DNA from: Candidatus Moranbacteria bacterium CG10_big_fil_rev_8_21_14_0_10_35_21
GTDB lineage: Bacteria; Patescibacteriota; Minisyncoccia; Moranbacterales; UBA2206
Direction: 5' to 3'
Length of the DNA: 64,000 nucleotides
Assembly (NCBI GenBank): GCA_002773095.1
Contig: PFCG01000018.1
Location: forward strand, 25,008-89,007
Shown: positions 38,703 to 48,383 of the stretch, piece after piece
How the letters are laid out: each line of letters begins with the position of its first letter
Position numbering within the stretch: the first letter of the stretch is position 1
Notes under the pieces: generated by a model
Seen by the model: only the letters and a program-made list of their open reading frames with translations
Told to the model about the DNA's origin: nothing
Database searches by the model: none
Translations under genes and position numbers: made by a program

Positions 38703-40145
38703 CTAGAGCCGGCTAATGGCCGCCTCCAGTCTTTTTAGGCTTTCTTCTTTGCCTAAAACCCAGACCACTTCAAAGGGTGAGGGGGATTTTTTTTCTCCAG
38801 TAAGAGCCACCCGCAAAGGCCACAGCAACTCCCCTCTTTGGGCTCCCGCTTTTTCCATCATAATTTTTTCCAAACTATCTTTCCTCCATTCTAAACCGGA
38901 AACTTCTTCTAAAATTTTTTGCGCTTTTTCCAAAGAATTTTTAATCTCTTCTCCGCTCATATTTTTCCAAGCCAAAAGATTTTTATCATATTCCAAATCT
39001 TGAAAGAAAAATTGACTGCTCTCCCCTACTGAGAATAAATTTTCCAATCGATCTTGCTCAATTTGCAAAATCTTTTTAATATATTCTTCGGATTTTTTTT
39101 CAGTTGGCGCTTTTTGAAAAAATTCTTTCTGCTCCAAAAATTTTATCGCTTTCTGATAGAGCTCATCTATCGACAACTTTTTTATATATTGCGAATTAAT
39201 CCAATCCAATTTCTTGGGATCGAAAACCGCTCCAGCTTTATGAACTTTTTCCAATTCAAAATATTTAATCAGTTCTTGCAAGGAAAAAACTTCTTGGGTA
39301 CTACCTTGCCCTGGATTCCAACCAATCAAAGCCACAAAATTAAGTAAGGCTTCTTCCAAATAACCTTTAGCTAAATAATCTTCCACCGCCACATCACCTT
39401 GCCGTTTGGAAAGCTTGCTTTTGTCCGCATTAAGTAATAATGATAGATGCACGAATTTTGGTGATTCCCAATTTAAAGCTTCGTAAATCAAAACGTGTTT
39501 GGGCGTGCTGGGCAGCCATTCTTCTCCGCGAATAACATGAGTGATTTTCATTAAATAGTCATCCACCACATTGGCTAAATGATATGTAGGAAAGCCATCC
39601 GATTTCAAAAGCACCTGATCATCTATATTAGAACTTTCAATTCTTACTTTTCCCCGAATAACATCATCAAAAACAATCACTCTATTCTCTGGAACCTTGA
39701 GACGAATCGTATAGGGACAACGGTTTTCCATATTTTTTTTAATTTCTTCCGGCGTAGAGTTTCTGCGACAAAGCTGATCATACATCGGCGCTTTTTTCTC
39801 AGCGACTTGTTTTTTTCTTGATTCGTCCAATCTTTCTTGATCGCAAAAACAATAATAAGCGTCGCCACTGGCCACCATCTGCTCGGCGTATTTTTTATAC
39901 ACCTCCAGATGTTCTGATTGAATATACGGATCCTTGTCCCAATTTAAATTAAATTTTTTTAAAGTTTCCATTAAATATTTCACTCCTCCCGGAACATTTC
40001 GTTTTTGATCTGTGTCCTCAATGCGTAAAATAAAATCACCACCATTTTTTTTAGCGAATAAATAAGCATATAAAGCCGTTCGAAGCGATCCGATATGCAA
40101 AAGTCCGGTAGGAGACGGCGCAAATCTAGTGCGAATTTTATTCAT
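38703..40145 (-). CDS. gltX: Glutamyl-tRNA synthetase
   Basis: IRTRFAPSPTGLLHIGSLRTALYAYLFAKKNGGDFILRIEDTD (HIGH motif) and KLSKRQG (KMSKS motif). Confidence 0.9.
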   Translation of the reverse strand: MNKIRTRFAPSPTGLLHIGSLRTALYAYLFAKKNGGDFILRIEDTDQKRNVPGGVKYLMETLKKFNLNWDKDPYIQSEHLEVYKKYAEQMVASGDAYYCFCDQERLDESRKKQVAEKKAPMYDQLCRRNSTPEEIKKNMENRCPYTIRLKVPENRVIVFDDVIRGKVRIESSNIDDQVLLKSDGFPTYHLANVVDDYLMKITHVIRGEEWLPSTPKHVLIYEALNWESPKFVHLSLLLNADKSKLSKRQGDVAVEDYLAKGYLEEALLNFVALIGWNPGQGSTQEVFSLQELIKYFELEKVHKAGAVFDPKKLDWINSQYIKKLSIDELYQKAIKFLEQKEFFQKAPTEKKSEEYIKKILQIEQDRLENLFSVGESSQFFFQDLEYDKNLLAWKNMSGEEIKNSLEKAQKILEEVSGLEWRKDSLEKIMMEKAGAQRGELLWPLRVALTGEKKSPSPFEVVWVLGKEESLKRLEAAISRL

Positions 40146-40971
40146 TATTATATTCTTTATTTACTAAAATTATTTTTATCGGAAAAATTATTGTGGCGTT
40201 GAAAATGCGCTTTATCCGGCTTGGCTGTTGAATGAGACGATAAAGCCATTCTAATCCCATATTTCGCATAAAAATAGGCGCTCTTTTCCGCTTTTCGATC
40301 ATAAAATCAAAGCTTCCCCCTACTCCCATAGCTAATCTTATTTTACCCCCACACCTTTTACTAGGCAAGCTGTTGTTTTTAATTAAATTACCATTAATAT
40401 ATTCAGAATTATTACTTTGTATAATTTTATCAAAAAAAAGGTGTGGGGGTTTATCACTTTTTATATTTACTAGCGAGTGGATAAATTCTTCTTGAAAAGG
40501 AGCACCATAATTGCATAAAACGATCTCGCAACCCGCAACTCGCAACTCGCAACCGTAATTATTTTTATTTAGATCAGTCCCACTAATCTTAAGTTGCGGA
40601 TAAATTTTATTTATCGCTCGCGCGGTTTCTTCCCATAAACTCAACCCATCTTTATTAGCCGCCAAAAAAATACTTAAATTTTTTTCATCAGCCATTTTTA
40701 AAATTTCTTGCATCAAGTCCGCGCCAGCAAATCTATTTTTCAATTTTTTCCCTTTCCGCCAAAAAGCTAATTTAATTCCTATTCCATCCGCCACATTCAA
40801 ATCACAACTATTCAGAATGTTTTTGAATTTTTCATTTTTTTGCGCTTCCAAAACAAATTCCGGATTGATAGTCGCAATTTGATGAAATTTTTCCTCACTT
40901 AAAAAATCAGCGATTTTTTTTAATGCTTCTTCTCGGCTAAAATTATCAATTTTGACTCCTAAAATTTCCAT
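40138..40971 (-). CDS. WecB/TagA/CpsF-family (GT26) glycosyltransferase
   Basis: C-terminal MRNMGLEWLYRLIQQPSRIKR and GAPFQEEFI, which are GT26 signatures. Confidence 0.8.
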   Translation of the reverse strand: MEILGVKIDNFSREEALKKIADFLSEEKFHQIATINPEFVLEAQKNEKFKNILNSCDLNVADGIGIKLAFWRKGKKLKNRFAGADLMQEILKMADEKNLSIFLAANKDGLSLWEETARAINKIYPQLKISGTDLNKNNYGCELRVAGCEIVLCNYGAPFQEEFIHSLVNIKSDKPPHLFFDKIIQSNNSEYINGNLIKNNSLPSKRCGGKIRLAMGVGGSFDFMIEKRKRAPIFMRNMGLEWLYRLIQQPSRIKRIFNATIIFPIKIILVNKEYNNE

Positions 40972-41058
40972 AGTAAAAATGTTTCCTGCCTTTATTCTAG
41001 CAAAAATACGCTCTTTTTCAAACTTTCACAACTTTGCGTAAACTGCTAAAATTGGAAT

Positions 41059-43059
41059 ATGAAAAAAGCCGAAAAATTCATCATTGACGTTATTCCTCTC
41101 ACTCGGATTCCTATGACCAGAAATCATCATTTTTCCTATTTATCTAAGGAAAAAATTCCCTTTGGAACATTAGTTTCCATTCCTCTCTTCAAACGATCCA
41201 TCCGCGGCATCGTTATTCAATCTCGCTCCGATTTCCATCGTTTGGGCAATATAAAATTAAGAGAAATAACTTCTACCGATTTTACTAGCTTAATCACCGA
41301 GAATCAAATGAAAATTGCTGAATTTGTTTCTCAAAAATATTTTTGTTCTTTGGGGATCGTTCTAAAATCGATGGCACCAAAAATAATCAAAAAACCCAGA
41401 AAAGAAAAAACTATTGAAACTATCCATCCAGAGAAAAAAGAAATAATTTTAACTCCAGAACAAAATCAAGCTATTCAAAAAATATCCAAAACAACCAAGA
41501 AAGTTTCTTTGCTTTTCGGTCCATCTGGATCTGGCAAAACAGAAATTTATTTGGAACTGATCAAGAAAATAAAAAAAGACGGCCAAGCGTTAATCCTTCT
41601 ACCAGAATTAACTCTCACTCCCCAAGCGATTGAAGGATATGGCAGTCTATTTCCACCGGATAAAATTGCAGTTTTAAATAGTAAAATTTCCAAAGGCAAA
41701 TTTTATTCCGACTGGGAAAAAATCCGTTCTGGCGAAGCCCGTATTATTATTGGTTCGCGTATGGCAGTTTTTGCCCCTTTCAAAAATTTGGCTTTAATTG
41801 TGGTTGACGAAGAACAGGATATTTCTCATAAACAATGGGATATGGCTCCTCGCTATGACGCCCGAACTGTGGCCGAAGAACTGGCGAATATTTTCGGAGC
41901 TAAATTAGTTTTAGGTTCCGCTTCTCCTCGCTTAGAATCTTTTCATCTGGCCAACCAAAAGAAATATGCTTTAGCAGAATTACCCCCTTTAAAAATTTCC
42001 CCTCCTCTTTCCATAGAGTTGGAAGATATGAAAAAAGTTTATTGGAAAAAAAATAAGTTTCCTGGGGCATCTCCGATTTCTTTGATAATTTCGTCCAAAT
42101 TAAAATCGGAAATTATTTATGCCTTAAGAAATAATCTGCAAACTATTCTTTTCGTCAATCGGCAAGGTATGAGTAGTTTTTCCATTTGCACTGACTGCAA
42201 AGCTGTTCTGAAATGTCCCAAATGTGAACGCGCCCTCATCTATGCTCGTGATGGAACTTTCCATTGTCTCCACTGTACCTACAAAACATCCCCTACTCCC
42301 CGTTGTGAAAAATGCCAAGGATTAGCTTTTATTAATTTAGGAACTGGCACGCAAAAAGTAGAACGAGAAATTGAAAAATTATTTTCAAAAGCCAGAATTG
42401 CCCGAGTAGATCAAGCCACTATGCGAGTTCAAGGTGCTCAAGCGAAAATTTATGCTGAATTCTCCCAAGGCAAAATAGATATTTTAATCGGAACCCAAAT
42501 GATATCCAAAGGCTGGGATTTGCCAAGGGTAGCGCTTGTTGGTATTATTGATGCAGATAATCTATTGAGTTTGCCAGATTTTTGGGCTTATGAAAGGGCT
42601 TTTCAGAACATTATACAAGCTTCTGGCAGAGTGAGTCGACCAGGTGCTCGTTTCCCAGGAAAAGTAATCATTCAGACTTTTAATCCTGAAAGTAAGTTTT
42701 TTCAATCAGTTTCTCAAAGAGATTTTCTGGGTTTTTTTCAGAAAGAAATGGAAGAAAGAAAATGGCTGAAAATTCCTCCTTTTGGAAAAATAATCAAATT
42801 AGTTTTACAAAAAAATAATTTAGCCGAGGCTGATAAGGAAATTCGCCATATTTTTACGGAACTAGAAAAAAAATCAGATAAAAATACTATCATTTTTGAA
42901 CCCCAGGACGCCTTTATCGGAAAAATAAGAGGACGTTTCCGCAAACAAATAATTATCAAGATTCCTGCGAAGAAAAACTTAAATATCCCGTTGAAAAACT
43001 TTATTCAATCACTTTCTTCCGAATGGATAATAGACGTTGACCCAATTTCTATAATTTAA
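41059..43059 (+). CDS. priA: Primosomal protein N' (PriA helicase)
   Basis: Walker A GPSGSGKTEIY, Walker B LIVVDEEQD, and the Cys-rich Zn region CTDCKAVLKCPKCERALIYARDGTFHCLHCTYKTSPTPRCEKCQG. Confidence 0.85.
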   Translation: MKKAEKFIIDVIPLTRIPMTRNHHFSYLSKEKIPFGTLVSIPLFKRSIRGIVIQSRSDFHRLGNIKLREITSTDFTSLITENQMKIAEFVSQKYFCSLGIVLKSMAPKIIKKPRKEKTIETIHPEKKEIILTPEQNQAIQKISKTTKKVSLLFGPSGSGKTEIYLELIKKIKKDGQALILLPELTLTPQAIEGYGSLFPPDKIAVLNSKISKGKFYSDWEKIRSGEARIIIGSRMAVFAPFKNLALIVVDEEQDISHKQWDMAPRYDARTVAEELANIFGAKLVLGSASPRLESFHLANQKKYALAELPPLKISPPLSIELEDMKKVYWKKNKFPGASPISLIISSKLKSEIIYALRNNLQTILFVNRQGMSSFSICTDCKAVLKCPKCERALIYARDGTFHCLHCTYKTSPTPRCEKCQGLAFINLGTGTQKVEREIEKLFSKARIARVDQATMRVQGAQAKIYAEFSQGKIDILIGTQMISKGWDLPRVALVGIIDADNLLSLPDFWAYERAFQNIIQASGRVSRPGARFPGKVIIQTFNPESKFFQSVSQRDFLGFFQKEMEERKWLKIPPFGKIIKLVLQKNNLAEADKEIRHIFTELEKKSDKNTIIFEPQDAFIGKIRGRFRKQIIIKIPAKKNLNIPLKNFIQSLSSEWIIDVDPISII

Positions 43060-43063
43060 ACAA

Positions 43064-43516
43064 ATGCCAAAATTACCTATCATTACTTATCCCAACCAAA
43101 TTCTGGAAAAAAAATCCCAGAAAATAAAAGACGTTCAAGACCCTGCCATTCAGGAGTTAATTTTGAATATGTTGGACACGCTGGAGGAAAGCAATGGATT
43201 AGGGTTAGCCGCTCCTCAAGTAGGCAAATCACTGCGTCTTTGCATCGCCAAATTAGACGGCCAAACGCATATCTTAATTAATCCTAAAATTATTTCTAAG
43301 TCTTGGCGAAAATTTTATCCAGAAGAAGGCTGTTTATCCTTTCCTGGAAAATTTTTTATTACCAAAAGACACAAAAAAATTAAACTCACCGCCATCGATC
43401 GTCACGGAAAAAAGATATCCCTTTCAGCCGACGGATTACTCTCCCAGGCTTTTCAACATGAAATTGATCATCTAGATGGCGTTCTTTTTACCCAAAGAAA
43501 ATCCCGCAAAAAATAA
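43064..43516 (+). CDS. def: Peptide deformylase
   Basis: GLAAPQVG, EGCLSFPG and QHEIDHLDG. Confidence 0.9.
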   Translation: MPKLPIITYPNQILEKKSQKIKDVQDPAIQELILNMLDTLEESNGLGLAAPQVGKSLRLCIAKLDGQTHILINPKIISKSWRKFYPEEGCLSFPGKFFITKRHKKIKLTAIDRHGKKISLSADGLLSQAFQHEIDHLDGVLFTQRKSRKK

Positions 43517-43529
43517 AAATAAATTTACA

Positions 43530-44492
43530 ATGGAAACTGCTATTAAAAAAACTCGCTTACTTTTTGCCGGCACTTCTCCTTTTGCTGAAAAAATTTTATC
43601 CACTCTACTTGAGGAAAATTTTAATGTGGTTCTGGTTATTTTACGCCCAGAGAAAAAATCGGGACGCGAACAAAAAATAATCCAAAGTCCTCTGCGCCTC
43701 CTGGCGGAAAAAAATAATATTCCCTGCCTTGATCCAGAAAAAATAACCCCTGAAATTATAGCTGAAATAAAAAAATATCAACCGGATCTATCTATTGTAG
43801 CCGCTTATGGAAAGATATTGCCGGAAAGTTTTTTACAAATTCCGTCATTGGGCGCTCTCAATATTCATCCCTCTTTGCTCCCAAAATACCGAGGTCCATC
43901 CCCTATTCAAAGTGCTATCTTAGCCGGTGAACAAGAAACTGGGACAACGCTGATGTTAATGGATAAGGGTATGGATTCTGGAAATATAATTGCTCAAGAA
44001 AAAATCGCTATTCCTAAAGACGATCTTGGTTCAGAATTATCCAATCGCCTTTCAAAATTATCTTCTCACCTACTTCTGGAAACTTTACCACGGTGGATTA
44101 AAAAAGAAATTTCTTCTATAAAACAGGATGAGGCTTCGGCCACTCTTTGTTCGATGATTAAGAGTAGTGACGGAAAAATTTTTTGGAATAAAAAAGCCGA
44201 GGAGATTTATAATCGTTATCGCGCCTTCTCTCCTCGGCCGGGAATCTTTTCTTTCTGGCAAAAAGGAAAAGAATTAAAAAAGATTAATCTTAAAAAAATT
44301 AACCTTTCGGCTGAAATTTTGGGAAAAAATATTGCTCCTGGAACAATTGTGGAAAGAGACGGTCAAATATTAGTGGCTACCGGATTGGGAACAATTGAAA
44401 TTCAGGAAATTCAAATCGAAGGAAAAAAACCAGTGCCTATTAAAAATTTTATTAATGGCTATCCAAATTTTGTTGGAAGTGTGTTAAATTAA
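43530..44492 (+). CDS. fmt: Methionyl-tRNA formyltransferase
   Basis: LNIHPSLLPKYRGPSPIQSAIL. The start was placed at METAIKK (43530), which gives the classic def-fmt adjacency. Confidence 0.85.
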   Translation: METAIKKTRLLFAGTSPFAEKILSTLLEENFNVVLVILRPEKKSGREQKIIQSPLRLLAEKNNIPCLDPEKITPEIIAEIKKYQPDLSIVAAYGKILPESFLQIPSLGALNIHPSLLPKYRGPSPIQSAILAGEQETGTTLMLMDKGMDSGNIIAQEKIAIPKDDLGSELSNRLSKLSSHLLLETLPRWIKKEISSIKQDEASATLCSMIKSSDGKIFWNKKAEEIYNRYRAFSPRPGIFSFWQKGKELKKINLKKINLSAEILGKNIAPGTIVERDGQILVATGLGTIEIQEIQIEGKKPVPIKNFINGYPNFVGSVLN

Positions 44493-44496
44493 TCAT

Positions 44497-45315
44497 ATGC
44501 AACAAGAAAAAAACCAAAGTAGTTTACTCTTAACCATTGGAATATTTCTAATTCTTTTGGTAGCTGCTATCACGGTTTTTCGTTCTTTCAAAAATCCTCC
44601 CCCTTCCAATCAAACCACGTCATCTCAAAATAAAAGTTCTCAGACTGAATCCAAGAAAAGCATTTCCCCCGAAGAATTATCTAAAAAAATTCAAAATAGA
44701 GAACCGCTGTCAATTATTGATATTCGTTTCCCCGAAGAATTTCAGAAAGAACATCTAGTCGGAGCAAAGAATTACGATTTGGAAGCTATCGGGGAAAACC
44801 TAGATCAACTTTCAAAAAATCAAACCTTAGTCATCATTGATCAAGATGGCATATCCACCGCCAAAAATTTCGCTGAAATCATTCTGCCAGCTGGAGATTT
44901 GAACAATGCGGTTTATTTAACTGGTGGTTTTATTGCTTGGAAAAACCAATTTTACTCCACTATTTCCGATGGAGATCCTAACTCATTTGTTGATCAATCA
45001 AAAGTTTCCTATCTTTCCAGCGAGGCACTGAAAGAACTAATGACGAAAGAAACCAATTTGGTTTTTATAGATTTAAGAAATGAAAAAGATTTTCAGATTA
45101 GACATTTAACTGGCGCTCGCAATATCTTCTTGGAATCGTTGGAAGAAAAAAATAAAGAAATTCCCTTGGGCAAAAAAATTATCCTTTATGATAAGGATAG
45201 TTTTGGATCTTTCAAAGGAGCCGTGCGTCTTTTTGACTTAGGTATTTTTAATGTTTCCGCCCTTTCGGATGGATTTGAAACTTTAAAAGAAAAAGGATTT
45301 TCAATCGAACCTTAA
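44497..45315 (+). CDS. Membrane-anchored protein with two rhodanese-homology domains, both lacking the catalytic Cys
   Basis: TM anchor, an S/T/Q-rich linker, then LSIIDIRFPEEFQKEHLVGAKNYD...IIDQDG and LVFIDLRNEKDFQIRHLTGARNI...ILYDKDSFGS. Asp replaces the active-site Cys in both domains. Confidence 0.55.
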   Translation: MQQEKNQSSLLLTIGIFLILLVAAITVFRSFKNPPPSNQTTSSQNKSSQTESKKSISPEELSKKIQNREPLSIIDIRFPEEFQKEHLVGAKNYDLEAIGENLDQLSKNQTLVIIDQDGISTAKNFAEIILPAGDLNNAVYLTGGFIAWKNQFYSTISDGDPNSFVDQSKVSYLSSEALKELMTKETNLVFIDLRNEKDFQIRHLTGARNIFLESLEEKNKEIPLGKKIILYDKDSFGSFKGAVRLFDLGIFNVSALSDGFETLKEKGFSIEP

Positions 45316-46008
45316 CTAACCTTCTTTTTTATTATTCATATAAGCATAAATAAACAGTGCCTGCGAAGCTAGGGCCTTTATGATTCCCGTATTATTAGGA
45401 ACGCGTTCCTCTTTTTCGTCATAGCCTTTAACTAGCAAATAGCTTTTAATACCTTTGATTGTTTCCCGGGAGGTAATTATTAAAAAATCCTTCCGTTTGA
45501 AAGCATGAATCTCTTCGTCTAACTCAAAAAGTTCTGAATTTTTAAAATTACATCGACATTCATTTGCCTTGGATTCTTTTTCAATTCGATCGCTTTTGAT
45601 ATTGATAAATTTTAAGCAAGCACACTCGGCTTTCATAATAAAGCTGGCTGCATTGATAATAGCATTATAAATTTCTTTTTCTTTTCTTTTGTCCAAAACC
45701 GAACGATCCATTAACCCTAAAGAGATTTGAAGTAAAATATCCATTTTTCGATTAACCTCACCAATATAACTATAGGATTCAATTAAATCTTTGGAAGCTC
45801 TTTCTAGTTGCCGAAGACCTTTTTCTCTTTCCTCTTTTTGCACACTAGCCTGGCGCTCTTTAATTACGAACAAAATAAAACCAGTAATTCCCAACAGAAA
45901 GATGAAAATTTCCTCCACATTATTTTCAGAGAAAGAATAAGCACCCCGATGAACAATATCCGGAACCAGCACGGCTACTATAAAGATTACGAAATAAATC
46001 CAATACAT
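45316..46008 (-). CDS. Hypothetical two-TM membrane protein
   Basis: N-terminal hydrophobic helices, then a soluble domain with no motif I recognise. Tail-to-tail with the rhodanese gene with no spacer. Confidence 0.35.
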   Translation of the reverse strand: MYWIYFVIFIVAVLVPDIVHRGAYSFSENNVEEIFIFLLGITGFILFVIKERQASVQKEEREKGLRQLERASKDLIESYSYIGEVNRKMDILLQISLGLMDRSVLDKRKEKEIYNAIINAASFIMKAECACLKFINIKSDRIEKESKANECRCNFKNSELFELDEEIHAFKRKDFLIITSRETIKGIKSYLLVKGYDEKEERVPNNTGIIKALASQALFIYAYMNNKKEG

Positions 46009-46042
46009 ATTTTTTTAATATTCTATTACACTTTGGACTTCT

Positions 46043-47020
46043 TTATATTTCTTTTTTTAAAGCCTGCTTAATATTTGAACGCATTACCTTTTTTAGATTT
46101 TCTAAACTTTCAAAATCATGAATGGACGTGGCCACCACTTCAACGCCTAGTTTTTTTAGTTGATTTGTTTTTTCTTTTTTCTCTTTATCACTGATAATAT
46201 CGCTTTTGGTTAAAATAATAATTTCTGGTTTTTCTGTTAATTCAGGATTATATTTTTTTAATTCTTTTCTAACCGTTTGATAATCCGCTTTCAAGTTGGT
46301 TGATTCAGCCGATAAGCAATGAAAAAGAATTTTGGTGCGTTGGATGTGACGCAAAAATTTAATACCCAGTCCCCGTCCTTCAGAAGCCCCCTCAATCAAT
46401 CCTGGAATATCAGCAATGATCCAATCCTCAAAAGCACCTAGATTCGGTTCCAAGGTTGTAAAAGAATAATTACCCACCTTAACATCGGCCTTAGTCAGTT
46501 CATTTAATAAACTAGATTTTCCGGCATTTGGAAAACCAATCAATCCCAAATCGGCAATCAACCTTAATTCCACCAAAAAAGTAAAGCTTTCTCCAGACCG
46601 ACCTTTTTCTGATTCTAAGGGAGTGGTGTTAGAAGGAGAACGAAAGAAAAAATTTCCCTGCCCACCAACGCCTCCCTTAGCCGCCAAAATTTCTTCACCT
46701 ACTTTAGTAATCTCAAAAGATTTATTCGTATCCAAATTATTAATCACTGATCCAATTGGCACAGTCAAAAAAATATCCTCTCCGTTTTTCCCAGAGGATC
46801 GGTTACCCATTCCCTGGTTTCCATTCTGAGCCAGATATTTTCTCTTATTTCTATATTTATTCAAAGCCGTTAGGTTGGAAACACCTTGAAAAAAGACATT
46901 GCCACCATTGCCTCCCCGTCCGCCAGCCGGACCTAAGCTCATTTTATTTTTATCAAAAGACACTACTCCGTCTCCTCCTTTACCGGCCGAAGCGTTTATT
47001 TTAGCCTCATCTATCAACAT
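46043..47020 (-). CDS. obg: GTPase Obg/CgtA (short form without C-terminal OCT/TGS domain)
   Basis: Glycine-rich Obg fold (GKGGDGVVSF, GGRGGNGGN) and G-domain ADLGLIGFPNAGKSSLLNELT. Confidence 0.85.
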   Translation of the reverse strand: MLIDEAKINASAGKGGDGVVSFDKNKMSLGPAGGRGGNGGNVFFQGVSNLTALNKYRNKRKYLAQNGNQGMGNRSSGKNGEDIFLTVPIGSVINNLDTNKSFEITKVGEEILAAKGGVGGQGNFFFRSPSNTTPLESEKGRSGESFTFLVELRLIADLGLIGFPNAGKSSLLNELTKADVKVGNYSFTTLEPNLGAFEDWIIADIPGLIEGASEGRGLGIKFLRHIQRTKILFHCLSAESTNLKADYQTVRKELKKYNPELTEKPEIIILTKSDIISDKEKKEKTNQLKKLGVEVVATSIHDFESLENLKKVMRSNIKQALKKEI

Positions 47021-47151
47021 ACTACTTAAGTTATTCTTATATTTTAATCATAGCGACTAAAATCTAATTTAACAAGGTCTATTTGACAAAACACTAATTT
47101 TATGCTATAATTGAAGATAGTGCCTTCCTCTATTTTTTTTAAATAATATTA

Positions 47152-47192
47152 GAAAAGGACGTTGATAATAAATCTATCAACGTCCTTTTTAA
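47152..47192. terminator. Bidirectional hairpin terminator 3' of the PIN gene
   Basis: AAAGGACGTTGATA-ataaatc-TATCAACGTCCTTT is a perfect 14-bp stem with an A-tract 5' and a T-tract 3'. Confidence 0.55.
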
Positions 47193-47200
47193 GATTAAAT

Positions 47201-47734
47201 TTATGTCCGTGCACCTACTAGTGCGCGGAAGTCCTGCCGATGGGCACACCTTTTTTTCTTAATCGAACACTTATCCTTCTCTCTGGGTAAATAATCGCTT
47301 CCTACCCCAAAAGCAATAGCCTTAAGCGACAAGGCTCTGTCTAAAGTCGCTACACTTACCTTTCGATCTTCCAAATACTTTTGCGCTTCCCTATGAGCCG
47401 CTCTTATGATTTGGTCATCGACAGTTTCAGACAGTTCTTTTGGATTACCAGTATTTAGACAAAAGCAACATCCTGCTGGAAGTTTTTGTTCACCCTTGAA
47501 ATATTTTTCCAGAAAATTGATAACTTTTTTGGCCGTTCTTTTAACTCCATTTTTTGAGTATTTAGAAATACAATCCAGTTCGTCAATAACTCCTGTTGTA
47601 ATAACAATTATCTTTCTTCTCTTCAGGCCCCTGAGATATTTAGAAAATTTATGTAAAAATACATTCGTATCCCAGAATTCTACTTCCACATTTTTGTAAT
47701 CATATCTTCTGATTTGGCCGTTTGATTTACCCAA
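47201..47734 (-). CDS. PIN-domain protein (putative ribonuclease)
   Basis: Acidic residues in FWDTNVF and IIVITTGVIDELD match the PIN fold pattern. The C-terminal 40 aa are encoded by unusually GC-rich DNA. Confidence 0.45.
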   Translation of the reverse strand: MGKSNGQIRRYDYKNVEVEFWDTNVFLHKFSKYLRGLKRRKIIVITTGVIDELDCISKYSKNGVKRTAKKVINFLEKYFKGEQKLPAGCCFCLNTGNPKELSETVDDQIIRAAHREAQKYLEDRKVSVATLDRALSLKAIAFGVGSDYLPREKDKCSIKKKRCAHRQDFRALVGART

Positions 47735-48383
47735 AATTCTCTCCTTTCTGAATAATTAAAAAAGATGCCTCGGCGAAGACACTTTCAAAAAATTAAGGTA
47801 CTATCCTCCTTTCTTTTTATTTGTATTTTAATTATAGCATAACTTTAAAAATAAAAAAAACACCACATTCGACTATACAAAAATAAAACTTTCGCTCTAC
47901 TCTCTACACGCCAAATGTGGCTTGTCACCCCTCTCCTACTGGCCACACTTGCTTTATAGGAAAAAGGATTTAATTGTTTAAACTGTGGCCTGTTCTTGGA
48001 GCGATTATTGATAACCGTCCACTCTCTAATACAAAGAAAACACACAAATATTGCGGAAACTTTAAAAATGTTCCGGGACTAGGATTTTTACCCCATACCA
48101 ATTTGTTCCCAGACTAGGATTTTTACCCTGTCGGCTGACAGGGCGAACCCCAATAAACAGAACTCCGCCAAAGGCGGACAGGCGCCATCTGCTTTTATAT
48201 TTTGTTGACCACTCGGGTCTAGAACTTTATTTAATCAAGCCGTTGAAGGCTTTCTTGGATACTTTTGAGTATAGGCTCCGGAGGCCTCTAGGTCAAGGTA
48301 AATTCGGGCAAAACAAGACAAATGAGACACAGGACAGCCCATGTCTCATTTTAGCGAATAAGACAGTTCAATGTCTTATTGAG

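Noticed and set aside
36048-40555. CGCAAC tandem heptamers as a possible CRISPR or mini-array
   Set aside because: The units are only 7 bp with no spacers. They lie inside conserved CDSs at two separate loci, which is not CRISPR architecture.
47201-47260. GC-rich stretch at the PIN gene 3' end as a separate RNA gene
   Set aside because: It is in-frame coding sequence for the C-terminal tail. No tRNA-like structure is recognisable. The downstream hairpin at 47152..47192 explains termination.
48071-48200. Possible tRNA or tmRNA fragment as a phage attachment site
   Set aside because: Two short hairpins are present, but there is no cloverleaf, no T-loop GTTCRANYC consensus and no acceptor/CCA context. 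I cannot support an RNA gene.
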